From: Candidatus Poribacteria bacterium | GTDB taxonomy: Bacteria > Poribacteria > WGA-4E > WGA-3G | Length of the DNA stretch: 64,000 nucleotides | NCBI GenBank assembly: GCA_965200395.1 | Contig: CBDAUH010000003.1 | Span: 810,398 to 874,397 of the forward strand | Direction: 5' to 3' | In this document: positions 60,846-64,000 of the stretch, piece after piece | How positions within the stretch are numbered: position 1 is the first letter of the stretch | How the letters are laid out: each line of letters starts with the position of its first letter | Notes under the pieces: model-generated | The model's database searches: none | What the model saw: the letters and a program-made list of their open reading frames with translations, nothing else | What the model was told of the DNA's origin: nothing | Translations under genes and position numbers: made by a program

Positions 60846-60959
60846 GCATTGTGCAGGCTCCAATGTCGCTTGAGGATGCGGTTGAGGATGCCCCGCAATT
60901 GATTGCCGATGCTGCTGAGCAGGCTGCGCGATTGGTTGCAATTGGTCAGCGTGAACCCT

Positions 60960-62297
60960 TTAGAACGGCAATATTGGGACATCTTTCATAAAATCATCTA
61001 CCTCGTTCTGCCACCTTTTTAATTCAGTTACTAAGGATTTGACGCGTTCCGCATGTTCAGGCAAATCAGCAAGGTTATTTGTTTCCCAAGGATCTTCCTC
61101 TAAATTGAACAGTTGGAGGAAATTGGTGCCTTTACCTGTCTCTTCAGAGATATAATAACGGATGAGTTTCCAACGTCCGTCACTCACGGTGCGATGAATG
61201 TCTTTATACGCGGCGAAGACCGTATCGCGAACTTTATCAACGCAACCTTCCATCAATGGAACTAAGCTGCAACCTTCAACAGTATCTGGACAGTCAACGT
61301 TGGTAAGGTCACACACGGTTGGGAATAGATCGTAGAGATAGGTCAATGCGTCCGTTGTTTGTCCTTCAGGAACACCTGGTCCTGCGAATATTGATGGCAC
61401 GCGAATGCTGTGGCTATATAAATTCTGTTTACCGAGTAACCCGTGTTGACCGACAGCGAGTCCGTGGTCTGCAGTATAAATGACGATAGTATTATCAAGG
61501 TGTCCTTTATCTTCTAACGTCTGAATGACACGTCCCATTTCGGCATCTTGGCTGCTAATCATGCCGTAGTAGTCGGCAATATGTTGTTGTACAATTTCTG
61601 GGGTGCGTGGGAACGGTGCTAATACTTCATCTCGAATTCGCATTTCTCCATTATCGAATGGGTGTTCGGCGACGAAGTTTTCTGGAACAGGTATATCTTC
61701 GGGTTTATACATTGTTGCGTATTCACCGGGTGGTGTTCTCGGATCATGCGGTGAGGTAAAGGAGAGATAGACGAAGAATGGATCTGTCTGATCGTAGTTT
61801 TCGATAAAATGTACAGCGGAGTCTGTAAACAGTTCGGTTGAAAACTTATCGCCAATATACCTGTCATCTTTCGGATATGCACCTGTCGCATCGAAATCGA
61901 AAATTGGCACTTTATATTGATTGCCCATACCGCCGAAGAAAATGGTAGCCCCATCGTCAAAACTGTTGTTAAATGTTTGTCTGTCATTGTGCCATTTACC
62001 ACTGAAAAAGGTGCGATATCCTGCTTCGCGCATGGCTTGTGGCCAGACAGCCAAATCTTTGTTAAGCTGGTTACCTCCGCTACGGAAAAGGTTGGCACTG
62101 GTGAGAACAGCAGCACGGCTTGGCACGCATACTGCACCAACGAGAGATCCCATGATATGGGTTTCTCGGAACGTTGTTCCACGTTCCATGAGTGAGTCCA
62201 TTGTCGGTGTTTTCACTGTTGGATCACCCATTCCCGCGATGGCATCCCATCGGTGGTCATCGGCGATCATAAATAATATATTAGGTTGTGAGGACAT
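60960..62297 (-). CDS. Sulfatase
   Basis: N-terminal PNILFMIADDHRWD and formylglycine motif CVPSR. Confidence 0.8.
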   Translation of the reverse strand: MSSQPNILFMIADDHRWDAIAGMGDPTVKTPTMDSLMERGTTFRETHIMGSLVGAVCVPSRAAVLTSANLFRSGGNQLNKDLAVWPQAMREAGYRTFFSGKWHNDRQTFNNSFDDGATIFFGGMGNQYKVPIFDFDATGAYPKDDRYIGDKFSTELFTDSAVHFIENYDQTDPFFVYLSFTSPHDPRTPPGEYATMYKPEDIPVPENFVAEHPFDNGEMRIRDEVLAPFPRTPEIVQQHIADYYGMISSQDAEMGRVIQTLEDKGHLDNTIVIYTADHGLAVGQHGLLGKQNLYSHSIRVPSIFAGPGVPEGQTTDALTYLYDLFPTVCDLTNVDCPDTVEGCSLVPLMEGCVDKVRDTVFAAYKDIHRTVSDGRWKLIRYYISEETGKGTNFLQLFNLEEDPWETNNLADLPEHAERVKSLVTELKRWQNEVDDFMKDVPILPF

Positions 62298-62317
62298 AAT
62301 TCTCCTATTATTAGTTG

Positions 62318-63636
62318 TAGGGTTATTTAGTTTTATGTATTTTAGTTGTTTTTTATCACAATCGTTAATATTTTAGGATGTGCAGATATACCGTGATTTT
62401 TCATGGTATATCTGCTATACTTCACCTTAAAAACTTACGATCTTTTGAGGTGAAGAATGACAAGAAAAAAGTCCTGCCACTTAATGGATATGTTAGCAGA
62501 ACTTACAGACCCACGCAAGGAAAAAGGGAAACGACACCCGTTGAAAGCAATCCTCGCACTTTTAGTCGTTGGATTGATGTGCGGGCATAAAGGGTATACA
62601 TCCATCGCTACCTGGGCACGCTCACAGCCCGCACTCACAAAAGCACTCGGGTTCACACATCACAAAACGCCTTGTGCCGCAACTATCCATAATCTGTTGA
62701 AAAAGTTGGACGTTGAAGCATTAGAAAACATCCTGTCAAAATGGGTAAACGCCGCATTAGCAGAGTGCCCTGATTTGCGGGGGTGTTCCGACGCAGTCGC
62801 TATAGATGGCAAAACCCTGCGTGCGTCTAAAAAAAGTGGTGCGATGATCAGCCATTTACTCTCCGTCGTCTCTCATGAGTTAGGGATCACCCTCACGCAG
62901 CGAGGTGTCAGCGACAAAACCAATGAAATACCGGTATCAACGGAAATCCTCAAAGCGTTTGATGTAGCAGGCAAAGTTATCACAACGGATGCCCTTTTGA
63001 CACAACGCTCTTTCTGCCACGGAATCATAAACAGCGGGGGCGACTATATGCTGCCTGTTAAAGGCAATCAACCGGACCTGTTAGAAGCGATTGAAAAACT
63101 TTTTCAAGGCGTGCCTGACGCGGTTTCTGAAGACACAACACACCCTACTTTAGGGAAACCGATATACATGCATGAGACGATTGAAAAGTCGCATGGCAGA
63201 CTTGAGACGCGATGTATCAAGGCAAGCACAAGTCTCAACGCATATCTGGATTGGCCGGGCGTAGCACAAGTGATCCAATATTGCTATACTTCCAAAAATA
63301 TGAAGACAGGAGAAGAGACAACCCGCACTACCTATGGGATTACGAGCCTGAAACCGAGTGAGGCATCCGCAGAACGCTTACTTGCTTTACGGAGAGGCCA
63401 TTGGGCAATAGAGAACAAGTCGCATTGGATGCGCGATGTGCTACTCGGCGAGGACGCATCACCTGTCAGATGCGGGGCTATTCCACAAGTCATGGCCGCT
63501 TTACGAAATACCGCATTATCCGTATTCCGTTTTCAAGGCATAACACGGATCGCTGATAAAATAAAGGAATATGCATCAAAACCTTTACTCACAGTTAACT
63601 TGATAAAATGAATATCTATAAAACTAAATAACCCTA
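62318..63636 (+). mobile_element. ISAs1-family IS, copy 2 (1319 bp), 9-bp TSD TATTAGTTG (62309-62317 and 63637-63645)
   Basis: Identical to copy 1, in opposite orientation. Flanking 9-bp direct repeats. Confidence 0.85.
62457..63611 (+). CDS. ISAs1-family transposase
   Basis: Identical to 35479..36633. Confidence 0.7.
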   Translation: MTRKKSCHLMDMLAELTDPRKEKGKRHPLKAILALLVVGLMCGHKGYTSIATWARSQPALTKALGFTHHKTPCAATIHNLLKKLDVEALENILSKWVNAALAECPDLRGCSDAVAIDGKTLRASKKSGAMISHLLSVVSHELGITLTQRGVSDKTNEIPVSTEILKAFDVAGKVITTDALLTQRSFCHGIINSGGDYMLPVKGNQPDLLEAIEKLFQGVPDAVSEDTTHPTLGKPIYMHETIEKSHGRLETRCIKASTSLNAYLDWPGVAQVIQYCYTSKNMKTGEETTRTTYGITSLKPSEASAERLLALRRGHWAIENKSHWMRDVLLGEDASPVRCGAIPQVMAALRNTALSVFRFQGITRIADKIKEYASKPLLTVNLIK

Positions 63637-63673
63637 TATTAGTTGTGAGTTATCGGTTTTCGGTTAAAGGATG

Positions 63674-63997
63674 TCAATCAGTAGTGATCGAACGTCTTTC
63701 TCCTTTATAGTTGTAGATGTTGATTAGACCGTCGTTGGGGCGGTCTTTGATTGCGTCTATCACTACAAGGGGTTTTCCCGCTTTGTTATCGACAGTGAAA
63801 AACCCTTGTTCTCCGAATGAACTCATTCCAACAACAGTTTTTTCCTCTTTGTTATGGATGCGGATATCCCCTTGTTCTCCGAATGAACTCATTTCAACAA
63901 CAGTTTTGCCCTCTCTGTTATGGATAGCGATATAGCGTCCTCCAATTTCGACAAATCCTTTTCTCCCATAGTCCCAGGCGCGGATACGGCTTTGCAT
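63674..63997 (-). CDS. Hypothetical protein fragment with internal 18-aa tandem repeats (…NKEEKTVVGMSSFGEQG…), truncated by the window end
   Basis: Repeated units are visible in the translation. The N-terminus lies outside the window. Confidence 0.3.
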   Translation of the reverse strand: MQSRIRAWDYGRKGFVEIGGRYIAIHNREGKTVVEMSSFGEQGDIRIHNKEEKTVVGMSSFGEQGFFTVDNKAGKPLVVIDAIKDRPNDGLINIYNYKGERRSITTD

Positions 63998-64000
63998 TAG

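Noticed and set aside
35454-63636. A composite transposon formed by the two ISAs1 copies
   Set aside because: Each copy has its own different 9-bp TSD, indicating independent insertions rather than transposition of the whole segment.

Overview
This 64 kb window is an accessory, IS-rich region from an unidentified bacterium. Its gene content (TPR, WD40, sulfatases, PhyH dioxygenases) resembles marine Planctomycetes/PVC or sponge-symbiont genomes, but I cannot assign a taxon from sequence alone.

The centrepiece is a complete-looking but IS-inactivated variant type I CRISPR-Cas locus at about 2.8-18.8 kb. Its gene order is:
- WYL regulator
- a roughly 1.2 kb repeat-dense spacer
- a 741-aa Cas8/Cas10-like large subunit with a Zn finger
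- Cas7 carrying a C-x5-C-x4-C-x2-C Zn finger
- Cas5
- a standalone HD nuclease (Cas3'')
- a DExH helicase (Cas3')
- Cas6
- a Cas4-Cas1 fusion
- Cas2
- a leader and a 14-repeat CRISPR array with a 37-bp repeat ending ATTGAAAC; the three leader-proximal spacers are identical.

Two identical 1339-bp IS4-family elements, each with a 9-bp target site duplication (TSD), interrupt cas7 and the Cas4 part of cas4-cas1. Uninterrupted reading frames can be rebuilt across both insertion points.

Repeats around the cas module:
- About 140-bp direct repeats and arrays of GAATCGCGGATT-type short repeats flank it.
- A duplicated terminal-repeat module forms a 2-repeat orphan mini-array downstream.

Mobile DNA elsewhere:
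- Two 1404-bp IS4/IS701/IS1634-like elements with 5-bp TSDs.
- Two 1319-bp ISAs1-family elements with 9-bp TSDs, in inverted orientation, bracketing about 25.5 kb.
- An 1142-bp IS630 element with a TA TSD inserted in a Cu/Zn-SOD-like gene.
- A small MITE-like family with AGGACTTACGC terminal inverted repeats.
- A dispersed hairpin repeat (CACAACCTGGAAAGGTTATGCTACAAAG).

Other content:
- A tandem roughly 1.4 kb segmental duplication.
- A candidate structured ncRNA.
- A type II restriction-modification (R-M) pair, a beta-class SPPY methyltransferase plus a small putative endonuclease.
- A catabolic island with four PhyH-family dioxygenases, two sulfatases, Ldh_2, FAH, amidohydrolase, glycerate kinase (frameshifted), SDR and a C26 amidotransferase.
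- Various TPR, WD40, vWA and LysM surface proteins.
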